Part shown: piece by piece, positions 1 to 10,080 of the stretch
Layout of the letters: each line of letters starts with the position of its first letter
Numbering within the stretch: position 1 is the first letter of the stretch
Assembly: GCA_003213175.1 (NCBI GenBank)
Contig: QCNN01000004.1
Span: forward strand, 3,186-67,185
DNA: 64,000 nucleotides
Source of the DNA: SAR116 cluster bacterium AG-426-B08
GTDB taxonomy: Bacteria; Pseudomonadota; Alphaproteobacteria; Puniceispirillales; Marisalimonadaceae
Direction of reading: 5' to 3'
Notes under the pieces: model-generated
What the model saw: the letters and a program-made list of their open reading frames with translations, nothing else
Told to the model about the DNA's origin: nothing
The model's database searches: none
Made by a program: the position numbers and the translations under genes

Positions 1-1
1 T

Positions 2-1204
2 TCATCTATGATCAGAGAATTTAATCCAGATTGTTTACATATTGCTACTGAAGGTCCTTTAGGTCTTTCCGCGCGTGGATATGCTATTAGAAATGGTTTA
101 GCTTTCACCTCAGCCTATCACACAAGGTTTCCTGAATATGTTCATGCAAGAATAAAACTTCCCCTTAAAATAACTTATGCATTCTTAAGGTGGTTTCATG
201 GTAGATCTGAGTTGGTAATGGTGCCAACTGAAGAAGTAAAAAAGGATTTATTAAAATACAAAATTGGTAACCCTCAAATTTGGGCGAGAGGCGTAGACTT
301 AGAAATTTTTAAACCAAAAAAAGGAAGAAGAAAAAATAAAAAACCTATTTTATTGAATGTTGGCAGAGTAGCTATAGAAAAAAATTTAGAAGAATTTTTA
401 AAAATAGATCTTCCATATGAAAAATGGGTTGTAGGTGACGGACCTGCATTGAAAGAATTAAAGAAAAAATACCCTAAGGTTATTTTCCAGGGTGCTAAGA
501 GTAAAGGTGAATTAGAATATTACTATAACAAGGCGGATGTATTTGTTTTCCCAAGCAAAACCGACACATTTGGTTTGGTTTTATTAGAAGCTATGGCGTG
601 TGGTTTGCCAGTTGCAGCTTTCCCAATAAGTGGACCTTTAGATGTTATTGGTAACTCAGATGCAGGTATTCTGAATTCTAATTTAAAAGAAGCATGTAAG
701 AAGGCTTTGTTGATACCAAGAAAAGTGCCAAGAGAATACGCTAAAACATTTTCATGGGAATTAACAAGTAAAACATTTGAGTCTTATTTAGTAAGCATAA
801 GAGACAAAGACACTACATATAATATTGAAGACAACCCTCATAAGGGTAATACTGGGATTACAAGAGCAATTCATGCAGCTAAAAATTCTTGGTCAGGTCT
901 AACTTTTGCTCTGAGAGAAGAAAGTGCTTTTAGACAAGAAATATTATTAGTGATAATTTCATTATCTATAATTTTAGTCAGCGAAGTCAGTACTATTGAA
1001 ATATTGCTTATGATTTTTACAACTTCCCTTGTCTTAATTATAGAGCTATTAAATTCTAGTGTTGAAGCAGCTATTGATAGGATATCATTTGATTATCACG
1101 GTTTATCTAAAAGAGCTAAAGATTACGGATCCGCTGCTGTAATGTTGACATTAATTTTATGGGTCTTAATTCACGGGTTAATTTTATTTAATGATGTTCT
1201 TTAA
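2..1204 (+). CDS. Glycosyltransferase (GT-B, family 4/1-like) fused in frame to a C-terminal diacylglycerol kinase (DgkA) domain; 5' end cut by the window edge
   Basis: The frame is open from position 2, before the first ATG at 8. The N-part has GT4-type motifs (ATEGPLGL..., FPSKTDTFGLVLLEAMACGLPV). From about nt 845, GITRAIHAAKNSWSGL..AFRQE..IELLNSSVEAAIDRIS..SKRAKDYGSAAV matches E. coli-type DgkA essentially end to end (from memory). There is no stop or plausible start between the two parts. Confidence 0.8.
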   Translation, partial: SSMIREFNPDCLHIATEGPLGLSARGYAIRNGLAFTSAYHTRFPEYVHARIKLPLKITYAFLRWFHGRSELVMVPTEEVKKDLLKYKIGNPQIWARGVDLEIFKPKKGRRKNKKPILLNVGRVAIEKNLEEFLKIDLPYEKWVVGDGPALKELKKKYPKVIFQGAKSKGELEYYYNKADVFVFPSKTDTFGLVLLEAMACGLPVAAFPISGPLDVIGNSDAGILNSNLKEACKKALLIPRKVPREYAKTFSWELTSKTFESYLVSIRDKDTTYNIEDNPHKGNTGITRAIHAAKNSWSGLTFALREESAFRQEILLVIISLSIILVSEVSTIEILLMIFTTSLVLIIELLNSSVEAAIDRISFDYHGLSKRAKDYGSAAVMLTLILWVLIHGLILFNDVL

Positions 1205-1377
1205 ATACCAATTAGCTCTCCGTTTCCAATGCCAAGATACCATTTTAAGTTAGAAATACTCTTTATGCCTATATTTAAAAATTTTTAATGTAATAAAATT
1301 GAAATAAACATTATTTACAAAGACATAGTTTTGAGAATTCATTTGATTTATTGATGAGATTAAGTTAGATTTGCCAA

Positions 1378-3510
1378 ATGAAACTCAAAACCTCAAATTC
1401 TGAGGTTAGATTGTCTTTAAATAAAATCACAAAAAAATTAATTAATAATCAAAATGACAGGTATTTTGACAGAGAAATTAGCTGGTTATCTTTTAATGAA
1501 AGAGTTTTACTACAAGCATATGATAAGACAATTCCTTATGGTGAAAGACTTAGATTTGTAACAATTTCTTCAGAAAATTTAGATGAATTTTATATGGTTC
1601 GAATAGCTGGGCTACATCAGCTTATAAGTCAAGGTTTCAATACAGTTCCTGAAACTGGAATGAGGGCAGATGAATTATTAAATAAGGTACTTAATGCTTC
1701 CAAAGATTTAAAAAATAAACAGCAAAGATGTTTGAATTATTTATTGAATGAAAAGGAAGATTGTGATGTTTCAATTTTGTTTGATAATAAATGGACTAAA
1801 AATGAATTAGAATGGCTTAAAGAATATTATAAACAAAATATTCTACCTCTTTTAACTCCAACCACGTTAGATCCTGCACACCCTTTTCCTTTTATCCAAA
1901 ATAAAGGCAAATGTGTATTAATGGAGATGAAAGATACAAAAAACAAAAATATAAATTGTGTTGTTTTACTTCCTGATAATATAGCTAGATTTATAAGATT
2001 ACCTGGTGAAAATCAGAGATATGCTATGCTGGAGACCTTAGTTACAAAGTTTGTTCATTTAATTTATCCTGAATATAAATTATTAAAATCAGGCATGTTT
2101 AGAGTTATCAGAGATGCCGAAATTGAAATAGATGATGAAGCAGATGACTTAATAGGGCAATTTGAAACTGCAATTAAAGCCAGAAAAAGAGGTGGTATTG
2201 TATCTTTAACCTTTTCTCATGATTTATCTAAATCTGCTCAAAAACTTTTAACTAGGGAATTAAATATCCCTGACGATCATATATATGTTGCGCAAGGATT
2301 TGTTGGGATCAATGACTTTACTGAAATAATAAATAATTTACCCAAACAAAATATATTCAAACCTTACAAACCCAGAATGCCACAAAGAATATTAGACTTT
2401 AAAGGAGATTGCTTTTCGGCGATAAAAAATAAAGAAATAATTGTTCATCATCCTTACGAAAGTTTTGATGTAGTTTTAAGTTTGCTTCAACAGGCAGCAA
2501 CAGATAAAAATGTTTTAACAATAAGGCAAACTTTATATAGAACAACACCTGATTCACCAATAGTAGAAGCTTTGGTGTCCGCTGCTGAGTCAGGAAAATC
2601 TGTTATTGCAGTAATTGAGCTGAAAGCTCGATTTGATGAAGAAAATAATGTCCAACTAGCTAGAGTATTAGAACAAGCTGGTGCACAAGTTGCTTACGGC
2701 CTAGTTGATTTAAAAGTACATGCAAAATTATCTTTAATAACAAGAAAAGAGGGTAAAAAATTAGTTTCTTATGCTCATTGTGGAACTGGTAATTATCATC
2801 CACATACTGCTAAAATTTATACTGACTTTTCGTTATTCACTATCGATAAAAATATTTGTGATGATGCTAGATCAGTCTTTAATTTTCTTACCAGTCACGT
2901 TCAGCCAAAACGATTAAATAAGATGATCATTTCACCCAACTCTTCTTATGATTGGTTAATTGAGAAAATTGATAATGAAATACAAAATGCTAAAGATGGT
3001 TTTGAAAGTGGAATTTGGATTAAATGTAATGCGATTGTAGACCAAAAAATAATTGAAAAATTCTATGAAGCATCCAATGCAGGGGTTAGAATTCACTTGA
3101 TGGTTAGGGGTATTTGTTGCTTACGCCCTAATGTTAAAGGAATGTCTGAAAACATTACAGTAAATGCAATTATAGGAAGATTTCTTGAACATGGAAGAAT
3201 ATATGTTTTTGCAAATAAAGGAAAATTTCAGTCTGAAAGTAATTTAGTATATATAGCATCTGCTGATATAATGCCTCGTAATTTATACCATAGAGTTGAG
3301 GCTTTTATACCTCTAGAAAACAAAACAGTTCGAAGTCAAGTCCTAGACCAAGTATTACCGGCTCTAATAAACGACACAAAAAATACTTGGCAATTAAATA
3401 AAAATGGAGAATACTCCAAAAAACAAAATAAGGACAAAACATTTTGTGCGCACACTTATTTTATGAAAAACCCAAGTTTATCAGGTCAGGGAAGCTTAGC
3501 TAAAATATAA
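1378..3510 (+). CDS. ppk: Polyphosphate kinase 1
   Basis: 710 aa. It has the N-terminal FDREISWLSFNERVL motif, KVHAKLSL (autophosphorylated His region) and RFLEHGRIY in the C-terminal PLD-like domains. A 2-nt gap separates it from ppx. Confidence 0.95.
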   Translation: MKLKTSNSEVRLSLNKITKKLINNQNDRYFDREISWLSFNERVLLQAYDKTIPYGERLRFVTISSENLDEFYMVRIAGLHQLISQGFNTVPETGMRADELLNKVLNASKDLKNKQQRCLNYLLNEKEDCDVSILFDNKWTKNELEWLKEYYKQNILPLLTPTTLDPAHPFPFIQNKGKCVLMEMKDTKNKNINCVVLLPDNIARFIRLPGENQRYAMLETLVTKFVHLIYPEYKLLKSGMFRVIRDAEIEIDDEADDLIGQFETAIKARKRGGIVSLTFSHDLSKSAQKLLTRELNIPDDHIYVAQGFVGINDFTEIINNLPKQNIFKPYKPRMPQRILDFKGDCFSAIKNKEIIVHHPYESFDVVLSLLQQAATDKNVLTIRQTLYRTTPDSPIVEALVSAAESGKSVIAVIELKARFDEENNVQLARVLEQAGAQVAYGLVDLKVHAKLSLITRKEGKKLVSYAHCGTGNYHPHTAKIYTDFSLFTIDKNICDDARSVFNFLTSHVQPKRLNKMIISPNSSYDWLIEKIDNEIQNAKDGFESGIWIKCNAIVDQKIIEKFYEASNAGVRIHLMVRGICCLRPNVKGMSENITVNAIIGRFLEHGRIYVFANKGKFQSESNLVYIASADIMPRNLYHRVEAFIPLENKTVRSQVLDQVLPALINDTKNTWQLNKNGEYSKKQNKDKTFCAHTYFMKNPSLSGQGSLAKI

Positions 3511-3512
3511 AT

Positions 3513-4970
3513 ATGAATGAAGTAGCTTTAAGTTTTTATAGGAAGATAAATAAAGGTAAATTAGCAATAATCGATATTGGTTCTAATTCTATTAGACTTG
3601 TTATATATCCTCAAAATGGTAAATACCCTTTTCCGTTATTTAATGAAAGAATAAATTGTAAACTCGGTGAGGGTTTATCATTGAGTAAAAATATTTCAAG
3701 TCAATCAATTTCAAAAGCTTTGTCAGCTATAAAGCGTTTTGCATATATAATAAAAACTATGTCTGTGAAACATCAATTAATTATAGCAACTGCAGCTGTT
3801 AGAAAAGCCAAAAATGCAAAAGAATTTTTACGTCCTGCAGAAAAACTTCTTAATCATAATATTAAAATTCTGTCTGCTAAAGAGGAGGCTGATTACGCCT
3901 CTTTAGGAGTTCTTAGCAACATAAAAGTTGATAAAGGGCTTATAGCAGATTTAGGAGGAGGAAGTTTAGAACTTATTCTTATTCAAGATGGAAAAAAGAT
4001 AAAATCAACGAGTATCGATATTGGACACTTATCTCAGATTAGTAGTGAAGAAATCAGAAAAGAAATTAATAAAGTTGAATGGCTGAATAAATCTAAAGGT
4101 CTTACATTGTATGGAACAGGTGGAAGTTTTAGAGCTCTAGGATCTGCCTATATAAAGAATTATAATTATCCACTCTCATTATTGCATGGATTAAAATTCG
4201 ATATCGAAAGAGGGATAATCCTTTTGGATCAAATGTCAGACGAAAACAAAGAAGTATTAGGTATACCTCCTGGTAGAACAGATACTATTTCAACTGCAGC
4301 AAACATAATAACTCACCTGATTTTATCATCAAATGTAAAAAATATTATGATTAGTGGAACAAGTATAAGAGATGGATTGATAGCAGAATTAAATAAAGAA
4401 AATAGGATCAATCCAGATAAAGTTGCTTACTATAATGTACTTGCAAAAAACCAAAGATTTAATGGTATGCAAACTAAAATAAAAAAAATATTCAGTCCTA
4501 TTGTTCAAAAAATTGCAGATAAAGATCTTGAAAGGGTATTTAAAATTAGTACTAATCTTTCAGATATTTCTTGGGACGAACAGCCAGATATGAGAGGTAA
4601 TATTGCCGCAAACAAAATCTTATCACTACCAGTAAGAGATTTAACTCATATTGAGAGGGTATGGATGGCCAAAGTTGTTTATCACAGATATGTTGGTACT
4701 AAAGATAAACAACAAATTGATAAAAGAATAATCAATTTACTTTCAGAAAAACAAAAAATTTCATCTTATGCTATAGGTTTAGGATTAAGATTTTTATATA
4801 ATTTTAGCGCAGGATTACCAAAAAATTTGGATAATATTAAATTCAAGATTAAGAAAAATAAACTGACTTGTAAAATAAAACCTGAAGCCAAAGCTCTCAT
4901 GGATAAAGAAAACGAACGAAGATTAAAAAACTTTTCTAATGCGTGTAATTTAAATTATGAGATTATTTGA
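3513..4970 (+). CDS. ppx: Exopolyphosphatase (Ppx/GppA family)
   Basis: 485 aa. ASKHA-fold motifs IIDIGSNSIRLVIY and DLGGGSLEL are present. It lies immediately downstream of ppk. Confidence 0.9.
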   Translation: MNEVALSFYRKINKGKLAIIDIGSNSIRLVIYPQNGKYPFPLFNERINCKLGEGLSLSKNISSQSISKALSAIKRFAYIIKTMSVKHQLIIATAAVRKAKNAKEFLRPAEKLLNHNIKILSAKEEADYASLGVLSNIKVDKGLIADLGGGSLELILIQDGKKIKSTSIDIGHLSQISSEEIRKEINKVEWLNKSKGLTLYGTGGSFRALGSAYIKNYNYPLSLLHGLKFDIERGIILLDQMSDENKEVLGIPPGRTDTISTAANIITHLILSSNVKNIMISGTSIRDGLIAELNKENRINPDKVAYYNVLAKNQRFNGMQTKIKKIFSPIVQKIADKDLERVFKISTNLSDISWDEQPDMRGNIAANKILSLPVRDLTHIERVWMAKVVYHRYVGTKDKQQIDKRIINLLSEKQKISSYAIGLGLRFLYNFSAGLPKNLDNIKFKIKKNKLTCKIKPEAKALMDKENERRLKNFSNACNLNYEII

Positions 4971-5104
4971 TCATTTAATTGACGAAACATAATTAATACA
5001 TGCTTTTGAATTTTTCTAAAAAGAATAAAATAAAAAAAATTATATTAAATTTACAATTTATTAATAAATAAGATTACGCTGTAGTATAATTAGTAATTTT
5101 AAGT

Positions 5105-6151
5105 CTATTTGAAATATTTTTCTTTAAATTTTAAAGCAACTGAAACTAGTAATATTAGTATAGGCACTTCAACAAGAGGACCAATAACAGTTGCGAAAGC
5201 CTCTTTTGATGCAAGGCCAAAAGTGGCAATTGAAACTGCAATAGCCAATTCAAAATTATTTGAAGCTGCTGTGAATGATAAAGAAGTAGCCTTTGGATAA
5301 TTAATATTGGCAAACCTACTGATACTAAAACTAATAAAAAACATAATTAGAAAATATATGACAAGAGGAATTGATATTGTTAAAACATCCAAAGGAAGTT
5401 TCAAAATTTCATTACCTTTTAGAGTAAACATAACAATTATTGTAAATAACAGAGCAATTAAAGTTATAGGACTTATTCGTGGAAGAAACTTGTTCTCGTA
5501 CCATTCTTCGCCATATTTCTTAACTAATAATGATCTTGTTACAAAACCTGCTAAAAATGGAATACCAAGATAAACTAGAACTATTTTAGCAATGTAAAAT
5601 ATTGAAATATCAATAATTTGACCGTCATATCCAAAAATTTCAGGCAAAATTTTTAAAAAAAACCATGCATAAGGCGCAAAGAAGATAATTTGAAAAATTG
5701 AATTAAATGCAACCAATCCTGCTACATATTCTGAACTTCCTCTAGCCAACTCATTCCAAACAAGAACCATTGCTATACATCTAGCTAAACCAATTAGTAT
5801 GACGCCAGTCATGTATTCAGGTTTATCAGAAAGAAAAGTAATAGCTAAAAAAAACATTAATGCAGGGCCTACTATCCAATTTTGAAATAAAGACAAAGCT
5901 AAGACTTTCTTATCTTTAAAAACTTCAATTATTTTTTCATATTTAACTTTTGCTAAAGGTGGATACATCATTAAAATAAGCCCTATTGCAATAGGAATAT
6001 TTGTATTACTGTAAGTTATTGAATCAAGAAATTTAGGCATATTTAGAAAAACATTACCAATAACTATACCTATAATCATTGCAAGAAATATCCATATAGT
6101 TAGGTATTTATCTAAAAATGATAGATTTAATTTTTCATATTTTCGTTTCAT
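5105..6151 (-). CDS. acr3: ACR3-family arsenite efflux permease
   Basis: 348 aa polytopic membrane protein. It has [22 protein letters not shown], and [16 protein letters not shown] containing the conserved ACR3 Cys. It starts 7 nt downstream of phnM on the same strand. Confidence 0.85.
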   Translation of the reverse strand: MKRKYEKLNLSFLDKYLTIWIFLAMIIGIVIGNVFLNMPKFLDSITYSNTNIPIAIGLILMMYPPLAKVKYEKIIEVFKDKKVLALSLFQNWIVGPALMFFLAITFLSDKPEYMTGVILIGLARCIAMVLVWNELARGSSEYVAGLVAFNSIFQIIFFAPYAWFFLKILPEIFGYDGQIIDISIFYIAKIVLVYLGIPFLAGFVTRSLLVKKYGEEWYENKFLPRISPITLIALLFTIIVMFTLKGNEILKLPLDVLTISIPLVIYFLIMFFISFSISRFANINYPKATSLSFTAASNNFELAIAVSIATFGLASKEAFATVIGPLVEVPILILLVSVALKFKEKYFK

Positions 6152-6158
6152 CTTTTAT

Positions 6159-7304
6159 TTAAGCAACTTCTCGACCACTTGCCCATACTTTTCTAATGAT
6201 TGGCAAATCATTCTTAATACTTAATCTAACCAAATCTGCTTTTAAACCTTCTTTGATTAAACCCCTATCATTTAACCCTGTAGCCTTACAAGGGTTTGTA
6301 GTTACTGCAGCTATACTTTTGGGTAAATTGTTAGATTTTATACCCCACATTATTGCTGCCATCATCAATGATGAAGGCACATAATCAGAACTTAAAATAT
6401 CAAGAAGGTCTTTATCAATAAGTGATTGAGCTGAAACATTACCTGAATGAGATCCTCCTCTTACTAAATTTGGTGCTCCCATTATTATTTTTATGTTACT
6501 GCTTTTACACTTTGTTGCAGCTTCAAGAGTGGTTGGAAACTCAGCTAAATTTATACCTTGTGAACAACTCTCTTCCACATCAGAAATTGTAGTATCATCA
6601 TGACTAGCCAATACTGCATTTAATCTTTTACTAAATTTTATTGTTTCACTTTTATGTTTTTTACCAAACATTTTTTGAAGATCTTTTAAGTATGAAAAGT
6701 GTCTTTCAATTTGTGATTCTGAAAGAGCAAATTTTCCTGATAAATAAACTTTGAACTGTGAAACATCACGAAACTGTCTTTGGCCTGGTGTGTGATCCAT
6801 AAGACTAACGATTTTTACCTTATCTTGAGCATTGAATTCTTCTAACTCCTGAATTAAATTTTCTGAACATATTTCAGCTCTTAGATGAATAAAATGTTCA
6901 ATCTTAAAAGATTTGTCTTTTGATAAGTTATTGATAGAGGTGGCTGTTTCTCTTGCATATTTGTCATATCTATGCACACCATCTCTGTTAATAGATCCTA
7001 CTCTTAAAGCATCAAAAACAGTTGTAATGCCTGCAGATGCTAATTCTCCATCGTGAGCTGTAAGAGCATTATTTATAGGCCAATTTACACCAGGTCTTGG
7101 TTTGAGATGCCTTTCTAAATTATCTGTGTGTAGTTCAACTAAACCTGGAATTAAATAATCTTCATTGCAATCTATAGATCTAGGTATAGAGCTTTTTCCT
7201 TTATTGACCCTTTTAATAAACCCATCTTTTAATTGAATACTTCCCAAAAAGACTTCGTCTTCAGTTACAATATTAACATTATTTAAAATGACATCAGACA
7301 ACAT
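6159..7304 (-). CDS. phnM: PhnM, alpha-D-ribose 1-methylphosphonate 5-triphosphate diphosphatase (amidohydrolase fold)
   Basis: 381 aa. Motifs: PGLVELHTDNLERHLKPRPGVNWP, SHDDTT, GAPNLVRGGSHSGNVSA and SSDYVPSSL, all typical of PhnM. Confidence 0.9.
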   Translation of the reverse strand: MLSDVILNNVNIVTEDEVFLGSIQLKDGFIKRVNKGKSSIPRSIDCNEDYLIPGLVELHTDNLERHLKPRPGVNWPINNALTAHDGELASAGITTVFDALRVGSINRDGVHRYDKYARETATSINNLSKDKSFKIEHFIHLRAEICSENLIQELEEFNAQDKVKIVSLMDHTPGQRQFRDVSQFKVYLSGKFALSESQIERHFSYLKDLQKMFGKKHKSETIKFSKRLNAVLASHDDTTISDVEESCSQGINLAEFPTTLEAATKCKSSNIKIIMGAPNLVRGGSHSGNVSAQSLIDKDLLDILSSDYVPSSLMMAAIMWGIKSNNLPKSIAAVTTNPCKATGLNDRGLIKEGLKADLVRLSIKNDLPIIRKVWASGREVA

Positions 7305-7405
7305 GAAATCCTTAAATATCCATATATATGACTCTAATATTACAGTTTTTTTAAAAGTTAAAATATATTAATTAAATTGAAACAAAACTATAATATGTAA
7401 ATCTC

Positions 7406-8113
7406 ATGGAAGAATATTATAAAAGATATGCAATATATTATGCACCTTTAGAAAATTCAGAGCTAGATGTGTTTGGTAAATGTTGGTTAGGATGGGATCC
7501 TTATAAAGGTTTAGAAACTACTAAGTCAGATCTTTCAAGTTCACCCAATTTACAGAAATTTTCTAGATTTGTATTTGCACCAAAACAATATGGATTTCAT
7601 GGCACAATAAAAGCTCCATTTAGATTAAAGGATGGGTATACCTATAATGATCTTGAAAATAAAGTTTGTGAAATATCAAAACAAATACATAGTTTTCATT
7701 TAGACGAACTAATTATTAAAAAATTAGGTAATTTCATTGCATTAATTCCTACTAATAATCTCAAAGTAAATGAAGTATCTAATAAATTTGTAGAGGGATT
7801 AGATTATTTAAGAGATGAGCTTTCTGAAGATGAATTAAAAAAAAGAAATCCTGAAAAATTAACCCCAAATCAAAAAAAAATGCTCTATAAGTGGGGTTAT
7901 CCTTACGTATTTAATGAATTCAAATTTCACTTAACTCTTACCAGTAAATTAAATATTGAGGAAATTGATGGCGTGTTTAAATCTCTTCAAAACATTTTAA
8001 AACAAGTTAATTTAAGTAAGATAAACTTTAATAATATTTGTATTTTTGGACAAAAGAGTGATGAAAAATTTTATTTTATTAAAAGATTTAAATTTAATAA
8101 TTTAAAGCATTAA
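7406..8113 (+). CDS. DUF1045-type phosphonate-metabolism protein (2H phosphoesterase fold)
   Basis: 235 aa with two H-x-T motifs (FHGTIKAPF and FHLTLTS), diagnostic of 2H phosphoesterases. The family is typically found in phn clusters that lack phnP. It is antisense to its neighbours, and its 3' end overlaps phnN by 20 nt. Confidence 0.8.
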   Translation: MEEYYKRYAIYYAPLENSELDVFGKCWLGWDPYKGLETTKSDLSSSPNLQKFSRFVFAPKQYGFHGTIKAPFRLKDGYTYNDLENKVCEISKQIHSFHLDELIIKKLGNFIALIPTNNLKVNEVSNKFVEGLDYLRDELSEDELKKRNPEKLTPNQKKMLYKWGYPYVFNEFKFHLTLTSKLNIEEIDGVFKSLQNILKQVNLSKINFNNICIFGQKSDEKFYFIKRFKFNNLKH

Positions 8114-8630
8114 TTAAGTTATTTACGCCAGTTTCTAAATCAATGTCATTTTTAACATAGATTGTATCCGAAGGTAATTTTCCAACTTCTCTATTAAGTC
8201 TTTTTTTAATATCATCCTTACTTTCTCTATTTCTTGATATAAGACGGCTTTCAATAGCTTTTTTGGAAGCAATAATGCAAATAATCTTTGCATCAGGATA
8301 ACTTTCCCTAATTTGCTTCAAAGCGAGTCTTGATCCATTAAAAATTACATTAACACCTTTTTTCAATTCATCTTCAATATCTTTTGGAATACCATATGAT
8401 AAGGAATGTGCTTGCCAGCTTATTGCAAAAAAACCATCTTTAACCTTATTTTGAAAATCAGTATTTGATATAGCGATATGGTCTTCATTATTTTTATCAA
8501 GGGTTCTGGTAATATACCTTTTTACAAAGTAAAAATTTTCTAGCTTAGCTTTTATTTCATTTAATAAAGTATCTTTACCTACCCCAGAAGCTCCTACAAT
8601 CACAAATAAATTGCCATTAGTTTTTTTCAT
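8094..8630 (-). CDS. phnN: PhnN, ribose 1,5-bisphosphate phosphokinase
   Basis: 178 aa with P-loop GASGVGKDT and a guanylate-kinase-like fold. It follows phnL with a 4-nt gap. Confidence 0.85.
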   Translation of the reverse strand: MKKTNGNLFVIVGASGVGKDTLLNEIKAKLENFYFVKRYITRTLDKNNEDHIAISNTDFQNKVKDGFFAISWQAHSLSYGIPKDIEDELKKGVNVIFNGSRLALKQIRESYPDAKIICIIASKKAIESRLISRNRESKDDIKKRLNREVGKLPSDTIYVKNDIDLETGVNNLINALNY

Positions 8631-8634
8631 TAAT

Positions 8635-9300
8635 TCATAAATTTTCTAAATTGACTTCTCTTGTAGCAACTTTGTTTCTAGCTGTTTCATCATGAAATAT
8701 TCCTATTATAGCTGAACCATTTAGCTTAGCTTTTTCTATTAAATCTAATACAACATTTTTATTATTTTGGTCCAGACTTGCGGTTGGTTCATCTAAAAGT
8801 AAATACGGATAATTATGAATAAAACCCCTAGCAATATTTACTCTTTGTTGTTCACCTCCTGAGAAAGTTAAGGGAGACAAGTTCCACAAATTTTTTGGAA
8901 TATTAAGTCTTTCTAATATTTCTTGGGCTTTTTTTAATGCAATTTTTTTTTCACATCCAATCTCAAGCAAGGGTTCTATTACAACATCTATTGTTGGCAC
9001 TCTAGGTACAACTCTCAAAAATTGACTAACATACCCCAATTTATTCTTTCTTAGTTTTAAAATATCTCTAGGTGATGATTTTCTAATATTAATATCTGAA
9101 ATAAGAACATCACCTTTACTTATTACATAACTTCCATAGATTAATTTTAATAAAGTAGATTTACCTGTGCCAGAGTTACCAGTAAGTGCAACAACCTCAC
9201 CTTTATTAACTCTGAAGTTTATATTTTTAAACACATTTATGTTTGTATCGTTTTGATTATAAAGTTGGAATGATTTGTTTAAATTTTTAATTTGTATCAT
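8635..9300 (-). CDS. phnL: PhnL, C-P lyase ATP-binding component
   Basis: 221 aa ABC-type ATPase with Walker A GNSGTGKST, signature FSGGEQQRV and Walker B LLLDEP. It sits between phnK and phnN. Confidence 0.9.
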   Translation of the reverse strand: MIQIKNLNKSFQLYNQNDTNINVFKNINFRVNKGEVVALTGNSGTGKSTLLKLIYGSYVISKGDVLISDINIRKSSPRDILKLRKNKLGYVSQFLRVVPRVPTIDVVIEPLLEIGCEKKIALKKAQEILERLNIPKNLWNLSPLTFSGGEQQRVNIARGFIHNYPYLLLDEPTASLDQNNKNVVLDLIEKAKLNGSAIIGIFHDETARNKVATREVNLENL

Positions 9301-9301
9301 T

Positions 9302-10078
9302 TTACACCTGTAATACTGAACTAACTAATAATTGCGAATATTTATGCTGTGGATCATCTAAAACCTGATCACACAAACCAGCTTCTATTACATTTCCATT
9401 TTGCATTACAATTATACGATCAGCTAAAAGTCTAACTACTGCAAGATCGTGTGTAACTATTACTGCAGCAATACCAAGTTCTCTTACAAGGTTTCTTAAT
9501 AAATCCAAGATTTTAGCTTGCACAGATACATCCAAACCTCCAGTAGGTTCATCCATAAAAATCAATCTTGGTCTAGTTACAAGATTTCTTGCAATTTGAA
9601 GTCTTTGTTGCATTCCTCCAGAAAAAGTACTTGGCTTATCATCAATTCTGCTAACATCAATTTCAACTTTTTCTAGCCAATTTGCAGCAATTTGTCTAAT
9701 TTCACCATAATTTCTATGACCAATGGCCATTAATCTTTCACCAATATTTCCTCCTGCGCTTATATTCATTCTGAGACCATCACGAGGATTTTGATGCACA
9801 AATGCTAGATCAGATCTTTGAATTAAACGAAGTTTTGGTTCCGAAATTTTTGTAAAATTGAGGATTGTTTTTGATTTGTCGTTTAAGAAAATATCTCCTT
9901 CATCAACTTCTAAATTTCCATAAATACAGTTTAATAATGTAGACTTCCCAGAACCTGACTCGCCAACAATTCCAAGGACCTCTCCAGGATTAATATCTAA
10001 AGATACATTTTTGCAACCTACATTTTGGCCATAGTATTTAGAAATATTAGAGGCTTGAAATAAGAAATTTTGCTTCAT
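9302..10078 (-). CDS. phnK: PhnK, C-P lyase ATP-binding component
   Basis: ABC-type ATPase with GESGSGKST, FSGGMQQRLQIA and IFMDEP. I place the start at the internal ATG (MKQNFLFQ...), 2 nt after the phnJ stop. The 21 extra codons in the ORF track lie inside phnJ. Confidence 0.9.
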   Translation of the reverse strand: MKQNFLFQASNISKYYGQNVGCKNVSLDINPGEVLGIVGESGSGKSTLLNCIYGNLEVDEGDIFLNDKSKTILNFTKISEPKLRLIQRSDLAFVHQNPRDGLRMNISAGGNIGERLMAIGHRNYGEIRQIAANWLEKVEIDVSRIDDKPSTFSGGMQQRLQIARNLVTRPRLIFMDEPTGGLDVSVQAKILDLLRNLVRELGIAAVIVTHDLAVVRLLADRIIVMQNGNVIEAGLCDQVLDDPQHKYSQLLVSSVLQV

Positions 10079-10080
10079 AA

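Noticed and set aside
6196-6384. Nucleotide similarity between about 6240-6275 (phnM) and about 39845-39885 (D-aminoacylase), which also yields similar antisense ORFs in the track.
   Set aside because: It is explained by a shared amidohydrolase C-terminal protein motif (DRGLIKEGLKAD) encoded with the same AT-biased codons. It is not a mobile or regulatory repeat.
7328-7345. Pho-box-like sequence (reverse complement CTGTAAT-ATTA-GAGTCAT against the consensus CTGTCAT-N4-CTGTCAT) in the phnM/DUF1045 divergent spacer.
   Set aside because: It matches only 11 of 14 core positions. It lies just 24 nt from the phnM start and in the wrong orientation for the + strand gene. No comparable box exists upstream of phnC (21397-21586) or ppk.
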